DNA of 44,132 nucleotides from Mitosporidium daphniae (GCF_000760515.2 NW_013546478.1:1-44132); one strand, 5' to 3'. Positions 12,713 through 24,209 are shown, counted from the stretch's first letter. Numbers and translations are program-made. Notes: generated by a model not told the origin, from the sequence alone.

Positions 12713-13264
12713 TGAGTGCAAAGTTAAAATTTATTTTGCCGGGGCATAAAGAACACTCGACCTGTTGGGGCTACGGTTACAGCGAATGGTATCGTTTGAT
12801 TGCGCACTTGTCACAATGCAGCATGTCGCTTTGGTAAGACCTTTTTAATCCCATTTTAGTGCAATTAATATGTGCCGTGTTCGATCGACCAATTTTCTTT
12901 TAAAAACTTTTCAATCGAAATTGCATGTCGATATTGTTCGCATAGACAATCTCTCCAACAGAAATTGTCGGCAGTAGAAATGCTCATGCGAAATTGAAGC
13001 TATTTGCTCTTGAGGGAGCTTGCAGAGGTAACTGCACAAATGGCCACAAATGGAGAGCCCGATATCGCATCTTTTTGAGTTGAACGCAATTTGAGATTGT
13101 TGTATTTAATTTTCACTTCAATTACTTTGCATGTCACCATGTTGATGGGTCCCAATTAAATTTATTTTAAACCTGAAAAAAAATTCAATTCGATTTTCAA
13201 CATACCAATCAGCTAGAGGGAGCACAATTGACTTAGAAATGTCCCCTGTTTTGCGCTTCATCAG

Positions 13265-14443
13265 ATGTACAAATTATTCTTGGTATTGTATGTATATTAT
13301 TCATATCTTTTGGTTGCAAATGCTTGTCAGAATCCAGAGCCACAGTCTTTAGTCTATGCAAATGGCATGTCCAATCTGTCGCCAAACGATCCGTTGCTTT
13401 CTTCTGTAAATAAGAATGCCAATGTCACTGATTGCATGGCAAAAATTTTCACCGACAGCCATACGTACGATTCAATCCACAAGTTTGTCGACGATTCTAT
13501 CCACAAGTTTGTCGACGATTCTATTTGGGAATATCTTCGCACAAAACTTGGCAATCTTACCGATGGTAATCCAACACAGAGCACATGTCCTAGCCTTGAT
13601 TCGTGGGCAACTAGTTGCGGAGTTTCTTCCAAAATTCTGTGCGAGCTCATATCTCTCAACAATACATACGGAAACTATGGCGTAAAAGTGTGCCCAAATG
13701 CAATCCAAATTGCTTACGCTGGATTTGGGATTCTTGACATCTCCTTTTACTTGGAGGCCCAAAGCTGTCCCGAATCTTACAGGGTCATCATTAACAAAAA
13801 TTCGGATCATGCAAAGATCGTCTCCGCTGAAAAACTGTTAAATATGATCCAAAACATTGTATCTCTGACAAAGGCCTCAAGGACAGCAAATCCAAACAAA
13901 AAGTGCAATTGCAACTCAGTTGAGCACATTTTGTTCGACATCGCTTCTGGAGTGTTTTACTCAAATAACTCGGTGTTTTTTATCTGCAATCCAATCATCA
14001 TCATTGACGGAAAAAACAATCTCAAACTGCTAATGGGCAAAGACTATGTTTACAAAATCCCCAGTGCCGATGTTGAGAATGTTTTCTTTTTACAGTCCTT
14101 TTTTAGAATACCGGGCTCTGCGCTATATTTCGATCGGATCCGGAATATTTCATTGGACATGGATTGTTCGGTAATCAAAGACAGTAATTTCTTTTTCGTT
14201 AAGCGAAACCCGGATGGCAAAATGCGATTATACATTTCGCAACCCCTTGTCATGTCAAGTGGTGTTTCTCCGCGCACTTCCTATGAACGGCCATCGTGTG
14301 AACTCGAATCTGTTCAGATTTGTCCCCGTGAGTTTGTTATTCATGCCTCCATAAAGGGCCGGCCAGGCTCTTATATCAGTATTTACGTTTCGATCACAAG
14401 GGGAAACCGCAAGATGTTAAATCTATTAACCAAGGTTTTATAG
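13265..14443 (+). CDS. Secreted Cys-rich protein, candidate spore-wall (EnP1-like) protein
   Basis: MYKLFLVLYVYYSYLLVANA signal peptide; intronless 392 aa; multiple Cys and N-glycosylation sequons. EnP1 resemblance is from memory only. Confidence 0.75.
   Translation: MYKLFLVLYVYYSYLLVANACQNPEPQSLVYANGMSNLSPNDPLLSSVNKNANVTDCMAKIFTDSHTYDSIHKFVDDSIHKFVDDSIWEYLRTKLGNLTDGNPTQSTCPSLDSWATSCGVSSKILCELISLNNTYGNYGVKVCPNAIQIAYAGFGILDISFYLEAQSCPESYRVIINKNSDHAKIVSAEKLLNMIQNIVSLTKASRTANPNKKCNCNSVEHILFDIASGVFYSNNSVFFICNPIIIIDGKNNLKLLMGKDYVYKIPSADVENVFFLQSFFRIPGSALYFDRIRNISLDMDCSVIKDSNFFFVKRNPDGKMRLYISQPLVMSSGVSPRTSYERPSCELESVQICPREFVIHASIKGRPGSYISIYVSITRGNRKMLNLLTKVL
13467..13524 (+). repeat. 24-bp tandem duplication (DSIHKFVD x2.4)
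   Basis: acgattc(a/t)atccacaagtttgtcg repeated in frame. Confidence 0.9.
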
Positions 14444-14462
14444 ATAACAATAAAAAGTGGAT

Positions 14463-15251
14463 TCAATTGTTCATTTTCGGCCTCACTTTGGATACCAAAG
14501 CGGGGGTCAATGTAAGGACAGACTCCAAAAAAGATGGCCTATCTAGCGGAAGGCTCCATCCGGGTCTGTATTTAGGCTGCCGTTCGCGCCGATAAATTTC
14601 AAGAAGCTTTCCCTCAAAATAAGCTTCTCTTTTCTTCTTCATCTCGACAAGGCTTTCATCATAAAGGTGCAAATGGTTGATCAGATATTGCCTGGCTACA
14701 GGAGGGTAATCGTAGCAATTGTGAGTTTTTGGTAAAAGCCCTCTTTGTGCCATCTTTGCTCTTTTCGTATTGCTTAATTGGGAAATAGGAGGATGATAGC
14801 AAAACGGCTCGTCTCTTTCTCCTTTCAACTTTTCAAAGAGAGACAGGGCCTTTTTATATTCAAAGGGAGAATCCACCAATTCAATCAAGCCCAATGGGGC
14901 TTTGTCCCTCTCACGATAGCCAATTCTCATCACACGCGTGAAGCCACCCGTCCGATTGCGATATCGGTTGACTAGGGTGCCATAAAGAGTTGTTAGCACG
15001 TCCTCCTTCTACAACAAAAATAAAATGGTTGGCCATACCTTTAGGAAGCTTGAAAGCTTGAGTAAACCTTGTTGCGAGCCATTCTTGGCTTTTGTGATGG
15101 TTCGTTCAACAACTCGACGCAACTCTTTGACTTTTGGAAGTGTACTGATGATCCTGCCATTTAATATGAGCGAGGTTATTTGGTTTTGAAAAAGCTGACG
15201 GCGACCGGCGGTATCCCTACCAAGTTTCCTATATGCACATCTATGTCGCAT
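14463..15251 (-). CDS. MRPL17: Mitochondrial ribosomal protein bL17m, 1 intron (15009-15038)
   Basis: MRHR..YRKLGR, ISTLPKVKELRRVVERTIT, RYRNRTGGFTRV, DKAPLGLIELVD; fungal-style C-terminal extension. Confidence 0.93.
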
Positions 15252-15274
15252 TGTAAAATTTAATTTAAATAACA

Positions 15275-15344
15275 TCCAAACCTAAACCCAAACCCAAACC
15301 CAACCCCAAATCCAAACTCAAATCCAAACCTAAATCCAAATCCA
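15275..15344. repeat. Degenerate hexamer microsatellite (YCCAAA/CCTAAA)x~12 in the divergent MRPL17/ADAM promoter
   Basis: tccaaa cctaaa cccaaa cccaaa cccaac cccaaa tccaaa ctcaaa tccaaa cctaaa tccaaa tcca. Confidence 0.9.
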
Positions 15345-15460
15345 TTTCTTATTTCTTTGTTTACTTTACAGCCATCATCAATCATGATCTGATTAATTCG
15401 ATTATTAATTGTTGTTAGGATCCAAATATCTATATATCTCATATTTTATGCTCATAATGC

Positions 15461-17782
15461 ATGTTGGCGAAAATCATCTGGATCTGTTTGTTGTTTACTC
15501 GGTCTATATTTACAGCAGTTAACTTTGATATCAGAGCAGATGCAGGTGATCGAGAGGGTAATACCNGATCCTTGGACTTGATTTTACACTCCAAAGTCGA
15601 AGACAGGGAAAGCTTGAGATTGACCCTATGGCCATCTAACATTACTCATCCCGACTATGTATTTACATCAAGTTCCTCCAAATCGAAAAAGCCCCCCGTT
15701 TTTTATAATGGAATCATAAGCAATACCCATTCTAGTGATGTGCTTGGATATGCCTCCGTCTTTGCAGCCAGTTCAAGCATAGTAAGGATTGGTTTCTTTT
15801 TTTAGGAAGGCGGATGTTTACGGTTCTTAACAGGTACATCCTATTCCATCAGGCAAAGCTCTAAAAAAGAAACCTCTTCAAACCTCGAATTGGTTCGAGA
15901 GAAATCATCAGCCATGGACGTTTTCTCGCCATATTTAACTTATATATCAAAGCTTTTTTCAAGTAACAACACATTTTCATTGCCAGAGCATGATATTCAG
16001 TCCTCCCCGCCTTCATCGGTTTCGCCTTTCTCGACTTCTGAATCTAAACAAAAAACAATCGAGCTTGTCATAGTCAATGATCCAGCCAGGACGGCCCAAC
16101 TTGGCGAGGACGATGTTGAAGTTTCCACACTTCAACTTTACAACATTGTGCAGTCCCTTTTCGACCTGACAAATTTTGGAGGGTTTCACATCCGAATTCA
16201 AATAGTGGCCGTTTTATCCCTAACAGATGATGACAGCACATCTTCGATTCATCGTATCCCGAGATCCGTTCTTTCTTCAGATCCCATCAGTCCTCATGAT
16301 TTACTGGACGAAATGTCGAGTTGGATTGGGACATTTGTGAATCCTCCCTTTAGCTTCTTGTCATTTTTCTCATTTAAAAAGAAATCCTCGATGTCGAACT
16401 TTCCGTGGCTTAAAGATTTTGACCACTTGCAGCTCCTTTCTGGACGGGTTTGGGACGTCTCTACCGTCAAAAAAGATGTTCAAGACAAACATGTTTCCTC
16501 CGGCGCCGATTCTGTTGAAGGCCTTGCTTTCGTTAGAGGAATGTGTCAATCAAGGTTTAGTGTAAGCATTGCCAAGGCTCCTGGGGTAGATTTGAAGCAT
16601 GGATCTTCTCACCTGATTTCACTTAGGTATCAGGCCCAAATTATTGCACATGAATTAGGCCATTCCCTGGGCGCCTCTCATGATGGTTTCGAAAATAGGT
16701 GTCCCGAATCTGGATATATCATGCAGGCATCTGCAATTTCAACCGGACGGCCATTGGCCATAGGATGGTCTTCTTGTTCTATTGAGGCCATGTCAGAGTT
16801 CTTACATCATCCAGACTCAAGGTGTTTGAATATTAAGAATGTTCCTGTAACTTCTCTTTGTGGAAATGGCATCATTGATGATGGGGAGGAATGTGATTCT
16901 GGCTCTCCAAATGGCACAGATTGTTGTTCTTCCACTTGTAAACTTACTCCAGGCTCAGAGTGTGACGATAGGAATGGCCGATGCTGTCAGAATTGTCTTC
17001 TGAAAAAGAAGGGGGATGTTTGCAGACCCTTGTCAACACTGTTTGAAAAAACCCCCTGCGATGTGCTGGACCTTTGTGATGGGATAACTCCAGCATGCCC
17101 AGATATATGGAAGCCAGAAGGCGTTGAGTGTATCAGTGGGACTGCAGCATCTAAAAAGGGAAGCACTGGCATATGCGAATCCGGCGTCTGTTTTTCTAGA
17201 GAAACAATTTGCAAAAGAATGGGGATGGACTACAAGCCTGAGTGTGATCCGGATGCAGACTGCCTAATCCATTGTTATGACTCCTCTTTATCTGTATACC
17301 CACTAGAACATGCTAATTCTGATCAAAGCGAGTATGAGGTTGTCCATTTCATTAAGAAAAGAATTACGAACTTTTTAATGCCATTCTTCCAGAACAACAA
17401 TGGCAACGATCATTTTAAACGAGAAAAATGCATCACATTTGCCCTTTCTTTGCCTGCGGCAGCATCAAAGAGTGAAGATCTCAATATCCAAAAATCGCTA
17501 CATTTCCAACCATATATCAAATATGCTATTTTTTCTGAACCCTCCTCACCCCTAGTCCTACCCAATGGAATTTCATGTGTAAACCCAAGCTTGAGTGCGC
17601 AAGGGATGTGCTACAACGGGGCTTGCAAAAGCAAAGCAGATTATGAACTTGAGTTGAGTAATGATAGGATCAGTAGTACAAATCCTCTAGCCGTAAAAAG
17701 CGGTTCGTCTCGTTTTCAAGCCTTTTTTTCATGGAGTTGCGTTGCTGCTGTGGCGATGTATTTGAATTTGGCCTTTTTGTAA
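15461..17782 (+). CDS. ADAM-family zinc metalloprotease (reprolysin + disintegrin), 1 intron (15782-15805)
   Basis: Signal peptide; HELGHSLGASHD zinc site; Met-turn YIM; WSSCS; disintegrin CGNGIIDDGEECDSG...CCQNC...CRP...CDVLDLCDG; hydrophobic C-terminus. Confidence 0.93.
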
Positions 17783-17803
17783 TAATAAATAAAACATTTA
17801 AAT

Positions 17804-17875
17804 TACCCACTGCGGGACTCGAACCCGCAATCTCTAGCTTAGGAGGCTAGCGCCTTTCCATTAGGCCAAGCGGGC
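17804..17875 (-). tRNA. tRNA-Arg(CCT), intronless
   Basis: GCCCGCTTGGCCTAATGGAAAGGCG-CTAGC-CTCCTAA-GCTAG-AGATTGCGGGTTCGAGTCCCGCAGTGGGTA; 72 nt, full cloverleaf, anticodon CCT. Confidence 0.96.
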
Positions 17876-17974
17876 GTCAGCAATTTGACTTTTTAGATTA
17901 TATGTTAATTTAAATGCTAATAAAATCGTCCATAGTTTTCGAGAAATTTATCGACCATCCATCATTTATTTATG

Positions 17975-19819
17975 CTATACGAAGGGGTCCAACGCTATTT
18001 CAAAAAACGAAACAGCATGCGAAATACCAAAATTTTCAAGTACCTTTGGATGAAGCACCCCAAGTTCCCCGACATTCCGCGAGTCAAAATAAACGGAGGC
18101 ATATCTGCCATCTATAAAGGTGGCCGACTTTGAGCTATTAAGTGAATATGTTCCGGTAGTAGGACTCGACCCACATGCTCGCTGGATAGAAAGCATGGAC
18201 ATGATCCTATCCAAAGCAGAGTGGATGATCTCAAAGCCTGATGTTTGGCCAGCAAAAACTGCGGCAAGCCGTCGCTCGTTCTTCGCACCGATATTATCAG
18301 AATGCTGGGTGGTATTTTCTGGTGTCTTGAGAACGACGTCTGAAATTTCGAACAATAAAATAGGCAATGGCACAGCCTTATTTGAAGCGAGGGTTTTTAA
18401 TAAGCCAGGGAGGAGCGTATTGCGAAGCGCTTGTGTTTCAATGGATTTTGGATTACCAATTGTAACTATTTTCTGCAAAATCGAGACGTCTTTGTTTAAG
18501 TGCAAAACCAGATCGTCGATTGAACATAACGTGAGCGTCAGAGCCTCCGTGAATCCAGAAAGTGCCATTTCAATGCGAAGCATGTCAGAAAACTTGTTCA
18601 TAGGCGTGGAAGCCGCAATGGTATTTGTAGATGGCAGCGTCATTGGGAAATTTCCAAATCCATAAGCAACGGCAATGTCCTCAATGACATCGCATTTATG
18701 CAGGATATCTGTTCGACTCATCGGCACCAAAACGTTGACTGTGAAGTCTTGCGAGGTGGATGATTCAACGACCTTAACAGAATACAACATCCTTTGAAGA
18801 AGCTCTATCAGTTTTTGTGGGGAAATATCAACCTTCAAATTGCGGAATACTTCTTGAAGGGTAAGTTCAAAAGAAAGGGGCGAATAGTCAGATAAACTCC
18901 ACCTGGAATTACCAAAAGGACTGGAGTCGTTGTCCGGATAAAGAACACTAACGGGCGTGATAGAAAGCTTATCTTTACAATATATGGAAAAGGCGGTGGC
19001 AATTGATCGTAAAGTGGCTTCGCCTTTAATTGCGTCCATGCAAGTCACCTCAATAAATACATTGTTCGTGTTAAGAGTTATCTTGGATTTGTCTCCATTA
19101 ATAAGAGGCGGTAAGGAACACACCGTATTCCTTGAATCAAGGACCAGTGGGAAATATGGTTTGTCTTGCAACAGGGGGAGAAATTTCTTTAATTTGAGAT
19201 CGGTTTGATAAAATTCAAAGATATCACTTCCTTTGATGGCATTTGCTTGGTTGAGTGGAATGAAAGAAATATCTTCGGGGACCATTCCGGTATAGGTAAA
19301 TGGAGACTTTATAGCATCCAAGTCATGGGTTCCAATCGATACCAAGGAACGATTTCTTCCTATGGTTTGATGCAACTTATCCTGGTACTTGATAAAGCTA
19401 TCATAAGAATGCGGGTCGAAGGTGATGTTTTTCAAAACAGCACAAAAGATAAAAGGACGAACCTTGCATGCGTTCGGATGCACTTGGATAGAATATTGGG
19501 AGTCATCATCAATTGTGAAGCTTGGCGGTGGTATAGTGGTGTTAATATATGATTTTAGCGCCACAGATAGCCCTTCAGTACTGAGAAGATCATAGCGATT
19601 TGCTGGCACTTCAATCCTATATAGTATCTCGTCAGAGAGAGCATCCAATGTAGCTATGCAGGAGCTGGTGCTGTGTTCCTTTTCAAAGATGGACCTATCG
19701 GACGTAATGTCGTCCAACTCGATTCCAAATGAAAAGCAAAGCTCTTCAAATTCTTCGTCCGTAAATCTTTTGCCTATTAAAGAGAAAAGCTTGTCTCGGG
19801 GTGCAAGCAGAGTTGGCAT
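17975..19819 (-). CDS. FRS1: Phenylalanyl-tRNA synthetase beta subunit (cytosolic)
   Basis: MPT start, FEELCFSFGIELD, IEVPANRYDLL, QDKLHQTIGR, IGTHDLD, RTDILHKCDVIEDIAVAYG, GVLHPKVLENF. Confidence 0.97.
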   Translation of the reverse strand: MPTLLAPRDKLFSLIGKRFTDEEFEELCFSFGIELDDITSDRSIFEKEHSTSSCIATLDALSDEILYRIEVPANRYDLLSTEGLSVALKSYINTTIPPPSFTIDDDSQYSIQVHPNACKVRPFIFCAVLKNITFDPHSYDSFIKYQDKLHQTIGRNRSLVSIGTHDLDAIKSPFTYTGMVPEDISFIPLNQANAIKGSDIFEFYQTDLKLKKFLPLLQDKPYFPLVLDSRNTVCSLPPLINGDKSKITLNTNNVFIEVTCMDAIKGEATLRSIATAFSIYCKDKLSITPVSVLYPDNDSSPFGNSRWSLSDYSPLSFELTLQEVFRNLKVDISPQKLIELLQRMLYSVKVVESSTSQDFTVNVLVPMSRTDILHKCDVIEDIAVAYGFGNFPMTLPSTNTIAASTPMNKFSDMLRIEMALSGFTEALTLTLCSIDDLVLHLNKDVSILQKIVTIGNPKSIETQALRNTLLPGLLKTLASNKAVPLPILLFEISDVVLKTPENTTQHSDNIGAKNERRLAAVFAGQTSGFEIIHSALDRIMSMLSIQRACGSSPTTGTYSLNSSKSATFIDGRYASVYFDSRNVGELGVLHPKVLENFGISHAVSFFEIALDPFV

Positions 19820-19977
19820 TGAAATTAGAAAATGCAAATGATTGCAGGTATGACTAGCAGTGTACAAGTTTGGTTTTTGTCCAAAAATTAATTAAATTTA
19901 AATTCTACAGCCGTAAACATGGGCTTTCGATTGTATCATTTAACATGTTCTCATCAACTAGCCAACAATTAAATAAT

Positions 19978-22399
19978 TTATTCCGCCTTTGGTTTGAACC
20001 TTTTGTTTGGGGCACTCGATTTGAAAGCCCTACTAGAGTCTTTTGGGTTCAACCTTTTGTTTGGGGCATTCGATCTGGATCCTTTACTAGAGTCTTTGGG
20101 GTTCAATCTTTTGTTTGGGGCATTCGATCTGGATCCTTTGCTAGAGTCTTTGGGGTTCAATCTTTTAGCAGAGCCTCTTGGCTTGAATTCTTTGCTGGGG
20201 GCCTCTGATTTAAACCTTTTGTTGGAAGCACGCGGTCTTTCCTGGCCCTTGCTAGGCTCGTTGGATCTTTTAACCTTCTTAACATCTGCAGCATCTATAT
20301 CTGTTTGTGACATTCTTCCTTGTCGCCTAGCCAAGATTGTGGAATTTTCCACCGCAAACTCGACTATTGGCCTTTTTTGTGCGGTAAAGATATCCTTTTT
20401 GTTGTTCATTTTACGAATTAACGAAAGAGCATGCTTGTGGTCCGAAAATTCAACGAAAGCATAACCCAAGCTTTTGAGTTCTCCAGTGGATGTTTTTCTC
20501 TCTTTATCCCTTATTACTTTAACCTGCTTCAGGTAGCGTGGTATCGGCTTAAATTCGGGATATGCTTTTGACACACAAGTTCCAATGATCGTTTTCAACT
20601 GTTTCTCATCCACACCAACAGGCATATTTCGGATGGACACTCTTGTTTTTGAAACAAAGCAATTCAAGTTCTTCAATTTCAGCGAACGTTCCTGGTATGC
20701 TTTCACCCTTTTCTGCTTGTCCATTTCTGATATTTCCTCCCACTCTGGTGAGGCTCTATCGACAAAAGACTCCTTTAGCAGATACAAGTTTCTCTTATCA
20801 GCCTCTTTCTTTTCTTCCGCAGTCTTGGAAGCGATTTCCTTTGCCGAAAGTTTTGGAATAGCCTGAAGGACATCTATATGCCTCCCTTCAATCACCCAAG
20901 CAGAGTCAATTTGATCGTAAAGGTCCAATGAAATTTTGGAACCTTTCAAGCTTTTTGATGAAGAGGAATTTTCCACAAACGATGGGGGTCTAGACGAATT
21001 GCTGAATTCATCCAGGCACTTGGAAGCGTCCTCTTGATGCACAAAGGAAACAAAGGCACATCCCTTTGATCGACCAAGAAAGTCTTTCACAATCCTAACG
21101 TACTGAAGTTTTCCAAATTTGGAAAACGTCTCTGCCACCTTTTCAGATTCGGTCTCAAAAAGTAAATTTCGGACAAAAAGAGTTTTGCTGTGGTTTTCCA
21201 GGTGATTTGTAGCAATTTCTGGAATATTTTCAGCCTCTGTTTGAAGGACTTCGTTTTCGCAGCTCTCTTCATTACAAATTTCGCTTGAATGATCGTCAAA
21301 ATCTACAATATCGTTGCAGCGATCCATTTCTGCTTCTGAAGCTTTGTCGTTACTGTCATCGTCACTGAGATCAGAATTACCAATGTCCGTTTTAACCACA
21401 CCATCGGTGTCATCGGAATCTGTATCTTTGATTTTTTCATACAAGGTCTTAGATACTGCATAATCGATGGCAATTTTCCGCCCATTAAGTTTGGTGGCGT
21501 TCATCTTTAAAATCGCCTCGTCTGCACTTGATTTACTCAGGTATTGAACAAAGCAAAATCCCATCAGGGAATTATCCGCTTTTTTTGGTATCTGAACCTC
21601 GAAAACCTCACCAAATGCGCTGAATTTATCGAGGATCTCTTCTTTCGTGGTGGAAAAGCTAATGTTTCGAACGATTAGTCGATGTGACTTTTGTGGCTGC
21701 TCTTTGGTCAAAGATGCTTTCAACTTGGATCCTTTGAAAATATGATCGTGTATTTTAGGCAATGCGAACGATACTTCTTTCCCACTTGAATATACAATTA
21801 AGCCTAAAAGTTAATAAAACATCACAATTACATTTGGTTTTGTCACCATCCAAAGGAAATTCCAAAGACGCAATGTTACCGAATTTCCTAAACTTTTTAA
21901 AGNGCTGCTTTTTTTCCACATCCTTTGGTAATGAGGAAACATAGATGCTTTTTAGGTTATCCTTTTGTGGCTTTTTTGGACGCTTTAGTTTAGAGTCTTT
22001 TTTGGGTTCAGAGTTGCTATCCAAAGCGCTGTCCTTTTTGCTTTCCACAGTGAGAACCTTTCTGGGCGGCTTGTTTTCGCTACCGGTATGCTTCTTTAGA
22101 GCAATCTCTAGCTTCAGTTTTGAGCCCTTAAATTTGGTGCTTTTCAATTGCTCAAGAGCCTTCTGAGCATCTTCCTCTGTCACAAAGCGAACAAAGCCAT
22201 AACAGAACTTTGAAGGAGCTATTGCTTCCGCCCCAGCCTCTTTCCCGGGATTGACAACGAAACACGATCTCAACGGCCCAATATCGGAGAAAAGATTTAG
22301 AAGCTCATCATTGGATGAACCTGCCGGAATTCCTCTTATAAATAAAGAGCATTTGGAGTTGGCATCTTTTTCCGGCTTGCTCCCAATACAAGAAGACAT
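19978..22399 (-). CDS. NOP4: Nucleolar 4-RRM protein Nop4/RBM28, 1 intron (21804-21831)
   Basis: Four RRMs, acidic linker, DKRNLYLLKE, SKTRVSIRNMP, KSLGYAFVEF, RPIVEFAVEN. Confidence 0.93.
19990..20166 (-). repeat. 54-bp tandem repeat x~3.3 (KRLNPKDSSKGSRSNAPN) in the NOP4 basic tail
   Basis: Repeated cttttgtttggggcattcgatctggatcctttrctagagtctttggggttcaa on the + strand. Confidence 0.9.
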
Positions 22400-22514
22400 A
22401 AAAGATTAAAACTGCCTTTTAATTACAAATTTTTTAATCATTTTTTCAAAATTAGCACCATTTAATAAATCTTTAATGCGATGGGAAAGTGTAGCCAATT
22501 TATAAACTAGGAAC

Positions 22515-24056
22515 ATGTCCCGAATCAGCAATAAGATCAGCCATTTAGGAAGCCCTTTTTATACCACAATGTGTAATGGTGCAAAGAAAGGCTCCGCTGA
22601 AATCATTGATCTTGAGCAACGATATGCGGCCCATAAGTATCAGTATGACGCTAATATGTAGCTATCATCCAATTCCGGTGGTCCTCTCCAGAGGCTCTGG
22701 AGCAAAAGTTTGGGACACTGAGGGTGTGGAGTACCTCGACTTTTTGTCTGCCTACTCTTCAGTAAATCAGGGCCATTGCCATCCGAGATTGGTAGCAGCT
22801 GCACAAAATCAATTGAGCAAGCTCACTTTGACTTCAAGGGCATTTTTTAATGATAAACTTGGACCATATGCAAAATTCATCACGGAGGTTAGTTATGTTA
22901 TCGGTAAATGTAGTTTTTTGGCTACGATATGGTGCTTCCAATGAATACTGGCGCTGAAGGCGTAGAGACTGCAATAAAATTGACCAGGAAATGGGGATAT
23001 CTCAAGGTAATGCTGCTTTTGGTGACAATTCAGAAAAATATTCCCCAAAACAAAGCCATAATTCTGGCATGCGAGGGAAACTTTCACGGGAGAACGATGA
23101 CCGCTGTATCGATAAGTTCAGACCCTGTTTGTAAGGATCATTTTGGCCCATTTTTGCCAAATGTTGGGCCGGTAGTTGAACAAATAGGTTACCGTGACTT
23201 ATTCTAATATTAGGGCCCATCCGATACAACAACCTTCAAGATCTGGAAACTGCTTTAAAGTCACACGGACATTTGATTGCTGGGTTTCTGGTCGAACCAA
23301 TTCAGGGAGAAGGAGGCATCGTTGTCCCCGATGACGGCTATCTCAAGTCATGCTATGATCTTTGTCGTAAATACAATGTGCTTTTCATTGCGGATGAAAT
23401 ACAAACCGGCTTGTGTAGGACAGGGAAAATGCTTGGTTGTGATTATGAGGGCTTCAAACCGGACATTTTGATTTTGGGAAAAGCACTATCAGGAGGTACC
23501 CCATAGATCGTTAAAACGTTGTAGGCATGTATCCCATTAGTGCGGTATTGGCCAATAAAGACATTATGCTTTGTATCCAGCCGGGAGAGCATGGGTCAAC
23601 ATACGGAGGCAATCCACTTGCTTCAGCGATTGCTATCGAAGCACTGAAGATCCTGCAAGACGAAGATCTTGCCAAAAAAGTACCGATGTTGCTTGCGTGA
23701 TTGTAGAGCTTTGAGCTGGGAAACCACTTTAGGAGTGTCATAGAAGGCAGAAAACATCCTCTTGTTTTGGCTGGTATTTTGGTTACCGATTTCTTATCGC
23801 CATAGTAAGAGGAAAAGGTCTGATGAATGGCGTTATCATCGATGAATCAAAGCTGCCTGAAAATATAGTTACTTGGCATTTGTGTCTACTTTTCAAGAAA
23901 TCCGGGCTTATTGCAAAACAAACGCAAAACAATATCATTCGATTCGCTCCGCCCTTGGTTATTTCGCACGCAGAATTGGATCGTGGAATTGAGATCATTT
24001 TGAAATCGTTGGATCAAATTATGCATTGTACCCTATCCGATTTTAAAGGCGAGTAA
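22515..24056 (+). CDS. CAR2: Ornithine aminotransferase, 7 introns
   Basis: [86 protein letters not shown]. Confidence 0.96.
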
Positions 24057-24209
24057 AATTTAGGTGATTTTTTAATTTTCAATTTAATTTCTGATACAAC
24101 TGCAGTGCACAAAAATAATTAAATTGGTTCGGTTCTCGAACAATCTGTCTCAAGTGTTTCAATTGAATCTATAAATACGTGGTTCAATCATGCAGCGGAA
24201 CACCTAGGA

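Noticed and set aside
13236..13246. GAAATGTCCCC resembling RNase MRP CR-I
   Set aside because: The complementary GGGGCT lies upstream (about 12767), the wrong order, and a CDS starts 20 bp later
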